A stretch of 64,000 nucleotides of DNA, from positions 148,582-212,581 of the forward strand of contig NZ_CP113864.1 of assembly GCF_026914285.1 (NCBI RefSeq), in the 5' to 3' direction. The stretch comes from Caldicellulosiruptor naganoensis (GTDB lineage Bacteria > Bacillota > Thermoanaerobacteria > Caldicellulosiruptorales > Caldicellulosiruptoraceae). The position numbers and the translations under genes are program-made. Of the stretch, positions 52,185 through 62,062 are shown piece by piece (the first letter of the stretch is position 1; each line of letters begins with the position of its first letter). The notes below the pieces were generated by a model, which was given only the letters and a program-made list of their open reading frames with translations, had not been told where the DNA came from and did not search any database.

Positions 52185-53282
52185 TTATTTACCCCCTACT
52201 TTAATTTGTCTTCCTTTCCAGTAGACACTTCTAATAAACTTTACTTGATAAAAAGAGTACAAAAGCATTAATAAAAAATACGCAGTAGGAATAAAGTGCA
52301 GTATGGGAAGTACAATGCCAAAATTACCTATATATATTTGAAGGTATAATATCTGAATAACATAGAGAATATAACCTATTAAAAATTTAGTTGCTAAAGG
52401 ATGATGAATATACAGCAAAATGGGTGTTAAGAAGCCTGTTAAGACAAGTCCAAAAGCCCACAGGGCAATTAAAAAGACTGTCTTTGTGTTTAAAAGCTGC
52501 ATGCTTAAAGCTGCACTCTTTGCAATTCCTTCAAGTTGGCTTTTCATTCCATTTGGATACATTCTAAATGTTACAGCACCGAGTCCTAAAAAATTTTCGA
52601 CTTTTATTCCATTTTCGCAAAATAGTTTCCCAAGACTTAAATCATCCGTTACTCTGTCGCGTATACATTTATGTCCGCCAACCTTTTCGTAATCTTTTCT
52701 AAAAACTGCTATACATGAACCATACATTCCTTTGCTTCTGGTCTTTCTTTCATAAGGTGACATAAAAGCAAACACACTGAGAATATTAACAATTAAACAC
52801 AATCTTTCATAAAACTGCTCTGTCTTGTGATATGGTATAACCGAAATTGCACCATTTGTTGAAAAAAGCGTTTTTACAATTCTTTCTATACCATCTTTGG
52901 ATAATCTCACATCAGCATCTAAGAATATCAGTATATCACCTGTTGAGTTTAAATACCCATTCCAAAGAGCCCAATTTTTACCTGTCCAGCCTGGAGGCAA
53001 AGGAGGGTTCTTAATTAATTTAACGCCGAATTTTCTGGCAATCTTAGAAGTATTATCTTCAGAAAAATCATCTACAACGATTATTTCATCGGGGACAGTA
53101 GTTTGGCTAAAAAGACTTTTGAGCAGGTAGGGCAGATTTTTCTCTTCATTCCGAGCAGGTATTATTACTGAAATCTTCTGATTTAGTTCAAGAGAATCGT
53201 CCTTAGTGTCTGCCAGAAATATTTTTGAGAAAAGGAAAAATCCCGAAGCTATGCCCAGGATGAAAATAATAAAAAATATCAT
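52185..53282 (-). CDS. Family 2 glycosyltransferase with C-terminal membrane domain
   Basis: VIIPARNEE...IIVVDDFSEDNT (DxD context) with TM helices. Confidence 0.8.
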   Translation of the reverse strand: MIFFIIFILGIASGFFLFSKIFLADTKDDSLELNQKISVIIPARNEEKNLPYLLKSLFSQTTVPDEIIVVDDFSEDNTSKIARKFGVKLIKNPPLPPGWTGKNWALWNGYLNSTGDILIFLDADVRLSKDGIERIVKTLFSTNGAISVIPYHKTEQFYERLCLIVNILSVFAFMSPYERKTRSKGMYGSCIAVFRKDYEKVGGHKCIRDRVTDDLSLGKLFCENGIKVENFLGLGAVTFRMYPNGMKSQLEGIAKSAALSMQLLNTKTVFLIALWAFGLVLTGFLTPILLYIHHPLATKFLIGYILYVIQILYLQIYIGNFGIVLPILHFIPTAYFLLMLLYSFYQVKFIRSVYWKGRQIKVGGK

Positions 53283-53488
53283 AAAAAAACCAGCTCCTTT
53301 TTTAAGAGGGAAAAAATATTGCTGAGCATGTTTATTATATTATATATCAATTTGAATTATTGTTTAAATGAAATAATATCAATAACCTCCTTTCTAACAT
53401 CTTGAGTTCACAAAAAAGAAAAAATTCTCAATAAGTAGACTTTTAATATTCTAAAAAGTATGTTATAATATTAACAAACAAAATATTT

Positions 53489-53615
53489 GCTCCTGACTTA
53501 GAGGGCAAAATGGCCTGATAAGGAGGGGATGTAAAAGATGAAGAGAAAGATATCCACCTCTTTTGGCTAAAGATGATGCTTTGGATACCCAAAAGGTCAG
53601 GAGAGGTGGATTTTT
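53489..53615 (+). promoter_or_regulatory. Leader region with a 10-codon uORF (MKRKISTSFG, 53538-53570), alternative pairing (ctcctgac...gtcaggag) and a terminator-like hairpin (atccacctc...gagaggtggat + T7) upstream of the TM1266-hydG operon; possible attenuator
   Basis: The complementary segments and T-tract are seen directly in sequence. A regulatory role is inferred. Confidence 0.35.
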
Positions 53616-53646
53616 TATTTTTACATTAAAGGGGAATGGTGCTTTT

Positions 53647-53892
53647 ATGGAAAGGAGAATTGGTGTTATTGGAATTGTTGTTGAAAACAGAAAAGAGGTG
53701 TCAGATAAGCTCAACAAAATCCTAAGTGAACATGGTGATATTATTGTTGGCAGAATGGGTATCCCGTATAGAGAAAGAGGGCTTTGTGTAATCGCGCTAA
53801 TAGTTGATGGAACAACTGATGAGATTGGTGCGCTCACAGGAAAGCTTGGGGCTCTGAGCGGTGTTAAGGTAAAAAGTGCTCTTACAAAATAA
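53647..53892 (+). CDS. TM1266-family small ACT-like protein (putative [FeFe]-hydrogenase system regulator)
   Basis: MERRIGVIGIVVENRKEVSDKLNKILSEHGDIIVGRMGIPYRERG..., in the usual position upstream of hydG. Confidence 0.55.
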   Translation: MERRIGVIGIVVENRKEVSDKLNKILSEHGDIIVGRMGIPYRERGLCVIALIVDGTTDEIGALTGKLGALSGVKVKSALTK

Positions 53893-53913
53893 AGATTGGA
53901 GTGTGGTTTGAAA

Positions 53914-55347
53914 ATGTTCAAAAAAGACCAGTGGGAAAGAGCTGAATTTATAAATGATGAGATGGTTTTTGAGATTCTTGAAAAGGGAAAACAAAACCAA
54001 GATAGGGCAGAAGATATAATTCAAAAAGCATTGAATCTGCATGGGCTTGAGCCAGAAGAAGTTGCAGCACTTCTTTATATAGATGATAAAGACCTTTTAG
54101 AAAAACTTTTCAAAGCTGCAAAGCAGGTAAAAGAGAGAATCTATGGAAAGAGAATTGTTCTTTTTGCCCCGCTTTACATCAGTAACTTTTGCGTAAATAA
54201 TTGCCGCTATTGTGGCTATCACAGATCAAACACTAAAATGAAAAGAAGAAAACTTACTATGGATGAGATACGAAAAGAGGTTGAGATAATTGAATCTCTT
54301 GGGCACAAAAGAATTGCTCTTGAGCTTGGAGAAGACCCAAAAGAAGCTCCAATTGAATATGTTATAGATGCCATAAACACTATATACTCTGTTTACAAGG
54401 AAAAAGGCAATATCAGAAGAGTAAATGTCAACATTGCTGCAACCACAATTGAAGAATATAGAATGCTAAAAGAAGCAAAAATAGGCACATATGTGCTTTT
54501 CCAGGAAACATACCACAGGCCAACATATGAATACATGCACCCCGAAGGACCAAAATCAGATTACGATTGGCATACAATGGCAATGGACAGAGCAATGCAA
54601 GGCGGAATTGACGATGTTGGCTTAGGGGTTTTATTTGGGCTTTATGACTACAAGTTTGAGGTTGTAGGATTGATTTTACATGCAAAGCATTTAGAGGAGA
54701 GGTTTGGTGTTGGACCGCATACAATTTCTGTGCCACGAATTCGCCCTGCCGAAGGTGTTGAGGTGACAAAAGAGAAATATCCATACTTAGTATCTGATGA
54801 CGAGTTCAAAAAAGTTGTTGCAATAATTCGACTTGCCGTGCCATACACAGGCATGATTTTATCAACAAGAGAAAGACCAGGGTTTAGGGAAGAGGTAATT
54901 GACCTTGGAATTTCTCAAATTAGCGCTGGGTCTTGTACAGGTGTTGGTGGATATACACTTGAGTACCAAGGAAAATCCACGGGTGATTTAGATGAAGATC
55001 TTGCACAGTTTGAAGTAGAAGATAAAAGAAGTCCTGATGAGGTCATAAGAACTCTTTGTGAGGCAGGTTATATTCCAAGCTACTGTACAGCTTGCTACAG
55101 AAGAGGAAGAACTGGGGATTTGTTTATGCAATATGCAAAGACAGGTGATATTCAAGACTTTTGCACTCCAAATGCGCTTTTGACTTTTATGGAATACTTA
55201 GAAGACTATGGCTCTGAGAAAACAAAGCAAATAGGAAGAGAGCTTATTTACAAGAGTCTTCTTGAAATCAAAGATGAAAAGATGAGGAAAGAGACAGAAA
55301 AAAGGCTTGAGATGATACGACAGGGTGAGAGAGATTTATACTTCTAA
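53914..55347 (+). CDS. hydG: [FeFe]-hydrogenase H-cluster radical SAM maturase HydG
   Basis: CVNNCRYCGY (radical SAM) and a C-terminal CTACYRRGRTGDLFMQ auxiliary cluster motif. About 477 aa. Confidence 0.8.
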   Translation: MFKKDQWERAEFINDEMVFEILEKGKQNQDRAEDIIQKALNLHGLEPEEVAALLYIDDKDLLEKLFKAAKQVKERIYGKRIVLFAPLYISNFCVNNCRYCGYHRSNTKMKRRKLTMDEIRKEVEIIESLGHKRIALELGEDPKEAPIEYVIDAINTIYSVYKEKGNIRRVNVNIAATTIEEYRMLKEAKIGTYVLFQETYHRPTYEYMHPEGPKSDYDWHTMAMDRAMQGGIDDVGLGVLFGLYDYKFEVVGLILHAKHLEERFGVGPHTISVPRIRPAEGVEVTKEKYPYLVSDDEFKKVVAIIRLAVPYTGMILSTRERPGFREEVIDLGISQISAGSCTGVGGYTLEYQGKSTGDLDEDLAQFEVEDKRSPDEVIRTLCEAGYIPSYCTACYRRGRTGDLFMQYAKTGDIQDFCTPNALLTFMEYLEDYGSEKTKQIGRELIYKSLLEIKDEKMRKETEKRLEMIRQGERDLYF

Positions 55348-55381
55348 CAGCTAAAAAAACTAAAAAACAATATAAAACATT

Positions 55382-55416
55382 AACGGGGCTATTTAAATTA
55401 TAGCCCCGTTTTTGCT
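55382..55416. terminator. Bidirectional rho-independent terminator between hydG and the response regulator
   Basis: aacggggctata/tatagccccgtt followed by a T-run. Confidence 0.8.
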
Positions 55417-55779
55417 GTTTTGTTCATCTTCTATTTGTTTTATTATATGCTCAATTGCAAGTTTTGAAAATGGCTTTCGCACAAACTCATATGCTCCACA
55501 TTTCTTGGCTTCTTTTTCAATATCTGGCTGAGATATTGCGGAGATTATAATGACCTTTACCTCGGGGACAATGTTTTTTAAGATACAAGTTGCTGTGAGG
55601 CCGTCCATATCAGGCATTGTAATATCAAGTGTGACAATATCAGGCTTTAGGTCTTCAATATGTTCGATGAGCTCTGATGCTGATGAAAATTCTGCAATAA
55701 CTTGATGTCCTAATGAAGTGAATATGTCTTTTAGGATCTGTCTTATAAATTGGGCATCATCAACAATACAGATTTTCAT
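55393..55779 (-). CDS. Stand-alone CheY-like response-regulator receiver protein
   Basis: MKICIVDD...DITMPDMDG...KVIIISA (Asp pocket, phospho-acceptor Asp, K). Confidence 0.8.
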   Translation of the reverse strand: MKICIVDDAQFIRQILKDIFTSLGHQVIAEFSSASELIEHIEDLKPDIVTLDITMPDMDGLTATCILKNIVPEVKVIIISAISQPDIEKEAKKCGAYEFVRKPFSKLAIEHIIKQIEDEQNSKNGAII

Positions 55780-55936
55780 GTTATATCTCCTCTTTGACAT
55801 TGTCAAATATTTTCAATAGCACTATAATATATTATAATGCTTTTTCAGAAAAAAAACAACGCTGTTTATATAAAATTTTAAGAAAAAAAAATCAAGACTG
55901 TAATTTAAAAAAGTTTAAGTGTAAAGAGGTAAGACT

Positions 55937-56650
55937 ATGCTTAGGAAGGAAAATCTTAAGATAGGTAACTATTCAATATATCAAGATACAGATTTTTTCT
56001 TATACGGAACAGATGCGGTTGTGCTCAGCGATTTTATTCAAGTTAAGAAAAATGACATTGTTGTTGAATTTGGGACAGGAAACTTGATAATTCCTATTCT
56101 GCTGTGGGCAAAAAACAAGAGATTCAAAAAGCTATACGCATTGGAGATTCAAAAAGAGGTATGTGAACTTGCAATTCTCAACAGGAATATAAACAACCTT
56201 CAAGACAAAATTGAGGTAATAAATGCGGATTTAAAGGATGCGCTAAAAATCTTTGGTTCAGAATTTGCAAATGTTGTTTTTACAAATCCGCCTTATAGAA
56301 AGGTAAACAGCGGTACAATAAATCCAAACATTAAAAAAGCTATTGCAAGGCATGAGATTATGTGCACAATCGAAGATGTTGTAAAAAGCGCTATGCAGAT
56401 TCTAAAGTTTGGCGGAAGGTTCTATATGGTTTACAGAAGTGACAGACTTACTGATGCACTTTATTATCTCAGACTTTACAAGTTAGAGCCAAGTTTGATA
56501 AGATTTGTACACCAGAATAAAGATAAAGAGTCTTCGCTCGTTTTGATTGAGGCCAAAAAAGGCAAGCAGTGCACACTCAAAGTTGACAAGCCACTTTTTA
56601 TTGATGAAATGGAATATTATGGTGAACTTGAAAAAGAAGATTCGGAGTGA
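55937..56650 (+). CDS. N6-adenine-type methyltransferase (tRNA m6A37 methyltransferase-like, small MTase domain)
   Basis: VEFGTGNLIIP (motif I) and FTNPPY (motif IV). Confidence 0.7.
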   Translation: MLRKENLKIGNYSIYQDTDFFLYGTDAVVLSDFIQVKKNDIVVEFGTGNLIIPILLWAKNKRFKKLYALEIQKEVCELAILNRNINNLQDKIEVINADLKDALKIFGSEFANVVFTNPPYRKVNSGTINPNIKKAIARHEIMCTIEDVVKSAMQILKFGGRFYMVYRSDRLTDALYYLRLYKLEPSLIRFVHQNKDKESSLVLIEAKKGKQCTLKVDKPLFIDEMEYYGELEKEDSE

Positions 56651-56657
56651 GAAGAAC

Positions 56658-57518
56658 TTGAGTGGAAAACTTTTTATAGTCGGAACACCAATTGGAAATC
56701 TTGATGATATATCAAAAAGGGCATTAGATACCCTCAACATGGTGGATTTTATAGCCTGTGAGGATACAAGGGTTACAATTAAGCTTTTGAACCATTTTGG
56801 AATTAAAAAAAAGCTTGTGTCTTACCATGAGTTTAGCTCCAAAGAAAGAGAAGATATGATAATAGAGGAACTTAAGAGTGGCAAGAAGATTGCCTTGGTA
56901 TCAGATGCTGGAATGCCTCTTATCTCAGACCCAGGATATGAACTTGTAAGAAGGTGTATAAAAGAGGGAATTGACGTTACAGTAATTCCTGGCCCTTGTG
57001 CTTTTGTTTGTGCATTGGTAATTTCTGGACAAAATACTCGTAATTTCGTCTTTGAGGGGTTTTTGCCTAAAAATAAGAGATCAAAAAGAGAAAAACTTGA
57101 AAGTTTAAAATTTGAAAAAAGGACAATGGTGTTTTACGAAGCGCCTCACAAGCTTTTAGATACACTTTTACAGATGGCAGAGGTTTTTGGGAAGGATAGA
57201 GAGATTAGCATAGTGAAAGAGATCACGAAAATACACGAAAGTGTGATGCTAACAAGTATTGGTGAGGCAATAGAGTTTTTTAAGAAAAATCCCCCAAAAG
57301 GTGAGTATGTGATTATTGTAAGAGGATTTGAGGAGAGTGGCCAGCAAGACAGTAAGAGTTGTGACATGGGAGTTATAAAAAGTAAGCTTTATGAAAAAAT
57401 ATCTCGAGGACTTACCAAAAAAGAAGCTATAAAATTGGTGGCAGAAGAGCTGAAGATTGCCAAAAATATTGTTTACAAAGCTTCACTTGAACTTCAAGAT
57501 TTTTTCAATAAAGAATAA
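56658..57518 (+). CDS. rsmI: 16S rRNA (cytidine1402-2'-O)-methyltransferase
   Basis: LFIVGTPIGNLDDISKRALDTL...ACEDTR (tetrapyrrole-methylase fold, RsmI signature). TTG start. Confidence 0.85.
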   Translation: MSGKLFIVGTPIGNLDDISKRALDTLNMVDFIACEDTRVTIKLLNHFGIKKKLVSYHEFSSKEREDMIIEELKSGKKIALVSDAGMPLISDPGYELVRRCIKEGIDVTVIPGPCAFVCALVISGQNTRNFVFEGFLPKNKRSKREKLESLKFEKRTMVFYEAPHKLLDTLLQMAEVFGKDREISIVKEITKIHESVMLTSIGEAIEFFKKNPPKGEYVIIVRGFEESGQQDSKSCDMGVIKSKLYEKISRGLTKKEAIKLVAEELKIAKNIVYKASLELQDFFNKE

Positions 57519-57519
57519 A

Positions 57520-57557
57520 GGGTAGAGCCTTTTTATTTAAAAGCTCTACCCTTTTTA
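57520..57557. terminator. Bidirectional terminator between rsmI and abrB
   Basis: gggtagagc/gctctaccc followed by ttttt. Confidence 0.85.
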
Positions 57558-57584
57558 CCAGGGAATATTATTCATCCTGCAAAA

Positions 57585-57827
57585 TTAGCTCTTTTTGAGT
57601 TCCTCTAAGCAGTCTTTGCAAATATTTTTTCCTTTGTAGTAAACAACGTCTTTTGCATTTCCACAGAAGATACAAGCTGGTTCATACTTTCTGAGGATTA
57701 TCTTGTCGTCCTCAACAAAGATCTCCAAAGCGTCCTTTTCTGCAATGTCAAGTGTTCTTCTGAGCTCAATTGGAAGAACTATTCTACCAAGCTCGTCAAC
57801 CTTTCTTACGATACCTGTTGATTTCAT
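57585..57827 (-). CDS. abrB: AbrB-family transition-state regulator
   Basis: MKSTGIVRKVDELGRIVLPIELRR (swapped-hairpin domain). 80 aa. Confidence 0.85.
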   Translation of the reverse strand: MKSTGIVRKVDELGRIVLPIELRRTLDIAEKDALEIFVEDDKIILRKYEPACIFCGNAKDVVYYKGKNICKDCLEELKKS

Positions 57828-57853
57828 TTTTTATCTGCCTCCTTTCTACAAAT

Positions 57854-57860
57854 TTCGACA
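57854..57860. promoter_or_regulatory. Spo0A box (TGTCGAA on the abrB coding strand) in the abrB promoter region
   Basis: ttcgaca lies 27 nt upstream of the abrB ATG. Confidence 0.4.
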
Positions 57861-58109
57861 TTTTTTTTACAATGCTATTATACCATTGTTTCAATTTTAT
57901 GTCAAGAATTTTTTAAGTCTTTTTACAATATATTGTGAGACATCAAACTATAGCTTATATAGGTTTTATGTGAATATATTAGATTACTCCAGAGTTTTTG
58001 CACATTTTAGAATTTTTAAAAGTGTGTCTATCTAATTAGTGTAATAAAATAATTGTAACAAAAAGAAAGAAAAAACTGTAAATATGAATTGGCAAACTAT
58101 CTCTTATGA

Positions 58110-58126
58110 TTCGACATTTTTCGACA
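58110..58126. promoter_or_regulatory. Tandem Spo0A boxes (TTCGACAtttTTCGACA) followed by TTGACA, upstream of the LysM/M23 peptidase gene
   Basis: Two heptamers at 58110-58116 and 58120-58126. The match to the 0A-box consensus is exact. Confidence 0.4.
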
Positions 58127-58353
58127 GTTGTTGACATATTACATGTTAAAAATGGTACCCGATATAACAGCTAAGTTAAAGACAAATTTTCTCTCTTTGT
58201 TGTGCTGGATACGAAAATCAAACAATATTTGCCTTTGACACATCAAACAATCTAAATTAAAATTAAAGTATAGTATTTTGCATACTCAACATAGTATAAA
58301 TTATATAAGGGGATTATTAATACCCTTTTTATTTTTGTAAGGGGGGTGTTTTT

Positions 58354-60099
58354 GTGGCAAAGCATATGTCAAAAGGTAAATCAGCTGCCACAGCCACCGT
58401 TGCAGAAGAAAAAGCAAGATTTGTGTCAAAAAAACCTCAAGCTGCTGTAAAAGGAGAGGTTCATAAGGCTGATAGAAAAGCAGAAGAAAAAGAGAAGAAA
58501 GCTGGGTGCAAAGATAAAGCACTTGTTCAGCTAAAAACTCAATTTGCAAAAGAAGTAAATAAAATTAAAAGTAGCTGTGGTGGAAATTTGAAGTGGAATA
58601 AAATTCATTTAGATAGATTTTTGAGACAGATTAAAGTTGAAACAATAAATCCGGGAGAAACATATAAAAAATTTCAGAATAAATTTTCAAAGTTATTAGA
58701 AGGTATAATTTCTGAAATTTACAGAATTTTGTTGGGACTAAAGTACATAAAAAATGCACCAAATTATACTGAAATTGTTCTTAAGACAAAGATTTTTGCT
58801 ACCTTGAGTTTGATGATAGTCACACTATTTTTGATTATCAAAATGCCCTCTACATACAAAAAAGCGTATGCAGTTGTTTTGAACAATCAGGTTGTAGGGT
58901 ATGTAAAGAACAAGACAGAAGCACAAAACCTTCTTACCGAGATTGCAAAAGAAGTAAAGCAGAAGCACAACACCGACAGCTTTATCTTGCAAAACCAGAT
59001 ACAGCTGAAGGCTATAGAACCGGGCCAGTACCGTGAGACAAAAATTGATGATTTGAAAAGCACAATCATAGAAAAAGGAAAGGTGCTTGTAAAAAGGTAT
59101 GCGCTCTTTGTTGATTCAAATCCGTATTTTGTTTTTGAAAACCCTAAGCTTCCAGGCAAAATTCTTGAGAGATTGAAAAGTGTCTATTATGGCAGCAAAG
59201 CATCCCAAGCAAGGTTTAAAGAAAAGGTAGAGGTAAAACCAGTTTATGTATCACCTGATATGAAAGTAGCCGATGAAGAAAGTGCATTTACCAAGATTAT
59301 GTTTGGGAAAGACCAGGTGATAGAATATATAGTCAAAGAAGGAGACACTCTTTGGGATCTGTCAAGAAAATATAACCTTTCAGTGGATGATATATTTGCG
59401 TCAAACCCGGGACTTTCAGAGAAGATTATGCCTGGGCAAAAGATAAGACTTACAAAGGCAACACCTCTTATAAATGTTATGCTTGAAAAAGAAGTAGAAT
59501 ATGAAGAAGTGATTCCGAAGAAAGTAAATGTTGTAAAATCAGATAAGTATTATACTACTCAGACAATTGTCAAACAAGAAGGTAAAGATGGCAAGGCAAA
59601 GATTCGAGCAAAGATCGTGTATATGAATGGGCTTGAATATGACAGACAGATTATTTCTCAGCAGGTTATACAAAAACCTGTTGAGAGGATTGTTGTAGTT
59701 GGTACCAAAAAACCACCTGCATACTTTGCGACGGGAAGGTTTTCATTCCCAGCTTGGGGGACGTTGACATCAAGGTTTGGCTACAGGGGAAGAGGTTTTC
59801 ACGAGGGAATTGACATTGCTATGCCATGGGGTTCAAATGTATATGCAGCAGACGGCGGCGTTGTTGAATTTACAGGCTGGTCAGGCGGATATGGAAAGCT
59901 TATTATTATAAACCATCAAAATGGATATCAGACATACTATGGACATCTTAGTAAGATTTTGGTCTCGCCGGGACAGAAAGTTGCAAAAGGGCAGCTGATT
60001 GCAAAAAGTGGTTCAACTGGGCGTAGCACAGGGCCGCATCTTCACTTTGAAGTGAGGAAAAATGGAGTGCCACAAAATCCTTTGAGGTATTTGAGATAA
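58354..60099 (+). CDS. Membrane-anchored LysM-domain M23 family metallopeptidase
   Basis: LysM is VKEGDTLWDLSRKYNLSVDDIFASNPGL. M23 has HEGIDIA...GHLS...GPHLHFEV. Confidence 0.85.
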   Translation: MAKHMSKGKSAATATVAEEKARFVSKKPQAAVKGEVHKADRKAEEKEKKAGCKDKALVQLKTQFAKEVNKIKSSCGGNLKWNKIHLDRFLRQIKVETINPGETYKKFQNKFSKLLEGIISEIYRILLGLKYIKNAPNYTEIVLKTKIFATLSLMIVTLFLIIKMPSTYKKAYAVVLNNQVVGYVKNKTEAQNLLTEIAKEVKQKHNTDSFILQNQIQLKAIEPGQYRETKIDDLKSTIIEKGKVLVKRYALFVDSNPYFVFENPKLPGKILERLKSVYYGSKASQARFKEKVEVKPVYVSPDMKVADEESAFTKIMFGKDQVIEYIVKEGDTLWDLSRKYNLSVDDIFASNPGLSEKIMPGQKIRLTKATPLINVMLEKEVEYEEVIPKKVNVVKSDKYYTTQTIVKQEGKDGKAKIRAKIVYMNGLEYDRQIISQQVIQKPVERIVVVGTKKPPAYFATGRFSFPAWGTLTSRFGYRGRGFHEGIDIAMPWGSNVYAADGGVVEFTGWSGGYGKLIIINHQNGYQTYYGHLSKILVSPGQKVAKGQLIAKSGSTGRSTGPHLHFEVRKNGVPQNPLRYLR

Positions 60100-60115
60100 A
60101 GTATAGAGAATAATA

Positions 60116-60161
60116 AATGGGCTGGCCACTTCTCAAAAAACTTGTGGTCAGCCCATTTTAG
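60116..60161. terminator. Bidirectional terminator between the M23 peptidase gene and queC
   Basis: aatgggctggccac/gtggtcagcccatt followed by ttt. Confidence 0.7.
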
Positions 60162-60182
60162 TTTGCTGTACAATATTTACCT

Positions 60183-60851
60183 TTATTCCCACTCAATTTC
60201 AACCTCATATTCGATTGGATCTTTTACTCCTACCTTTTTGAAGGCTTCTATTCGCTCTGTACATGTTCCACATCTTCCACATGCTTTTTGTCCACCTTTG
60301 TAACAAGACCAGGTAAGGGAGTAGTCAACGCCAAGTTTTAGTCCAATATTTAATATATCCTCTTTTTTCAAATCAATATAAGGTGCTTCAAGCTCAACAG
60401 TATGATAATCACAAAGATAAATTGCCTTTTTCATTGCCTCAACAAATTCCTTTCTGCAATCAGGATAGATTGGATGGTCGCCAGCATGTGCACCATAAAA
60501 GAGCTTTTGTGCTTTAATTGAAATTGCATAAGCTGTTGCAAGGCTTAATAGCACCATGTTGCGATTTGGCACAACTGTCTGCTTCATAGTCTCATCTGTG
60601 TAATATCCTTCAGGTATCTGCCAGCTTGCCACAGTTAAGGCGGATGGTGCTAATTCTGCAAAAAAGGATATGTCAACAATTTTGTGTGGAACTTTCAAAA
60701 GCTCGCAGGTTTTTTTTGCAAACTCAAGCTCTTTGGCATGTTTTTGACCATAATTAAAGCTTATAGCGTATGTTTCATACCCTTTGTTTTTGACATCATA
60801 CAAAAGTGTGGTTGAATCCATGCCACCAGATAGCACAACTAAAGCTCTCAT
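60183..60851 (-). CDS. queC: 7-cyano-7-deazaguanine synthase
   Basis: VVLSGGMDSTT PP-loop and a C-terminal Zn motif CGRCGTC. Confidence 0.9.
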   Translation of the reverse strand: MRALVVLSGGMDSTTLLYDVKNKGYETYAISFNYGQKHAKELEFAKKTCELLKVPHKIVDISFFAELAPSALTVASWQIPEGYYTDETMKQTVVPNRNMVLLSLATAYAISIKAQKLFYGAHAGDHPIYPDCRKEFVEAMKKAIYLCDYHTVELEAPYIDLKKEDILNIGLKLGVDYSLTWSCYKGGQKACGRCGTCTERIEAFKKVGVKDPIEYEVEIEWE

Positions 60852-60886
60852 TTTTTGAAAATAACACTTCCTTTCTTTTTAGACTT

Positions 60887-61261
60887 TTACTTTGCAGCAA
60901 TAACATCAACTTCAACCAAAGCACCCGGCAAAAGTTTTGCTTCTACAGTTGTCCTTGCTGGATAGTTTTGTGTAAAAATAGTAGCATATACCTCATTGAA
61001 CTTTGCAAAGTCAGACAAGTTTGCAAGATATACAGTTACTTTCACAACATCGTCAAAGCAAAATCCAGCTTCTTTTAGTATAGCCCCAATGTTTTTAAAC
61101 ACAAGCTCAGTTTGAGATTTTATATCATCACCCTCTATTTTTCCTGTTTGTGGATTTATGGCAAGCTGACCAGATACAAATAGCGTATTGTTAATTAAAA
61201 TGGCATGTGAATACGGACCAACTGGTTTTGGAGCATCGTTTGCCACTATACACTTTTTCAT
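60887..61261 (-). CDS. ridA: RidA/YjgF-family reactive-intermediate deaminase
   Basis: PKPVGPYSHAI...VKVTVYL...RTTVEAKLLPGALVEVD. Confidence 0.85.
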   Translation of the reverse strand: MKKCIVANDAPKPVGPYSHAILINNTLFVSGQLAINPQTGKIEGDDIKSQTELVFKNIGAILKEAGFCFDDVVKVTVYLANLSDFAKFNEVYATIFTQNYPARTTVEAKLLPGALVEVDVIAAK

Positions 61262-61292
61262 TTCTATTCTTAGTTCTCCTTTCTTGAGGTTT

Positions 61293-61757
61293 TTATCCTA
61301 ATTTTTGACCGCAATATGGGCAGTACAAAAAGTTTTTTGAAACTCTATTTCCGCAGTTTGGACAAAAATCAGAGCCAACGCCACTGTGGTCTGTTGTTTG
61401 AAAATCTCTGAACAGTTCAACATCAGCAAGGGTAATAGATATGTTTGCACCACGTTCTAAGTCGTGTGCAAGTTCTGGGTTTGTGATAATATATATCTTT
61501 GAACAGCAGCTTGTTTGGATAAAATACCGTGTGTTCCATCGGAAAATTGGTATGAAAAAGAAATGGAAATAGTTGTATACTTTAAAGAGTGTATGTGTCC
61601 CCTTGCGAGTGCAAAATGGGCAGATCTCCACATCTATTTGTCGGATAGCTTTTGCCTTTTCTTCTATGCCAAAGATTCCTATAAAGAACATTGCTTTTAA
61701 AATCAACTCCGTAAAAATATTCTTTTTATATTTTATCATTTTAGCACTTCTTTTCAA
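61293..61757 (-). CDS. Zinc-ribbon domain membrane protein
   Basis: CPFCTRKG and CPNCGN...CPYCGQ flank a TM helix. Confidence 0.55.
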   Translation of the reverse strand: MKRSAKMIKYKKNIFTELILKAMFFIGIFGIEEKAKAIRQIDVEICPFCTRKGTHTLFKVYNYFHFFFIPIFRWNTRYFIQTSCCSKIYIITNPELAHDLERGANISITLADVELFRDFQTTDHSGVGSDFCPNCGNRVSKNFLYCPYCGQKLG

Positions 61758-61847
61758 CTTCCGAAAGAAACAAAAAATTTATTATGATATAATTTATGTA
61801 TGCTATAATTACTGACAATGCATTTATTTAAAAGGAGGGTTGGCAAA

Positions 61848-62042
61848 GTGACAGTAATATTTGTTGGTTCAAATAAACAAGTTACTGTAAAAGGGCCAAA
61901 GTCGGCTGAAAAGGTGGCAAAGGAGCTTGGAGTAAGCCTGGAATCGCATGTTTTTATTAAAGATGGTGAAATTGTTGCACCAGATGAAATTCTGCAGGAT
62001 GAAGACACAGTAGAAGTGATTTCGGCAATCTCTGGAGGTTAA
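61848..62042 (+). CDS. ThiS/MoaD-like ubiquitin-fold sulfur carrier ending in Gly-Gly (TtuB-like)
   Basis: A 64-aa ORF with a GTG start after the RBS aaaggaggg. The C-terminus is ...VISAISGG*. It lies immediately upstream of the PP-loop thiolase gene. Confidence 0.6.
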   Translation: MTVIFVGSNKQVTVKGPKSAEKVAKELGVSLESHVFIKDGEIVAPDEILQDEDTVEVISAISGG

Positions 62043-62062
62043 CAAAAAGGGGGATTGATTAG

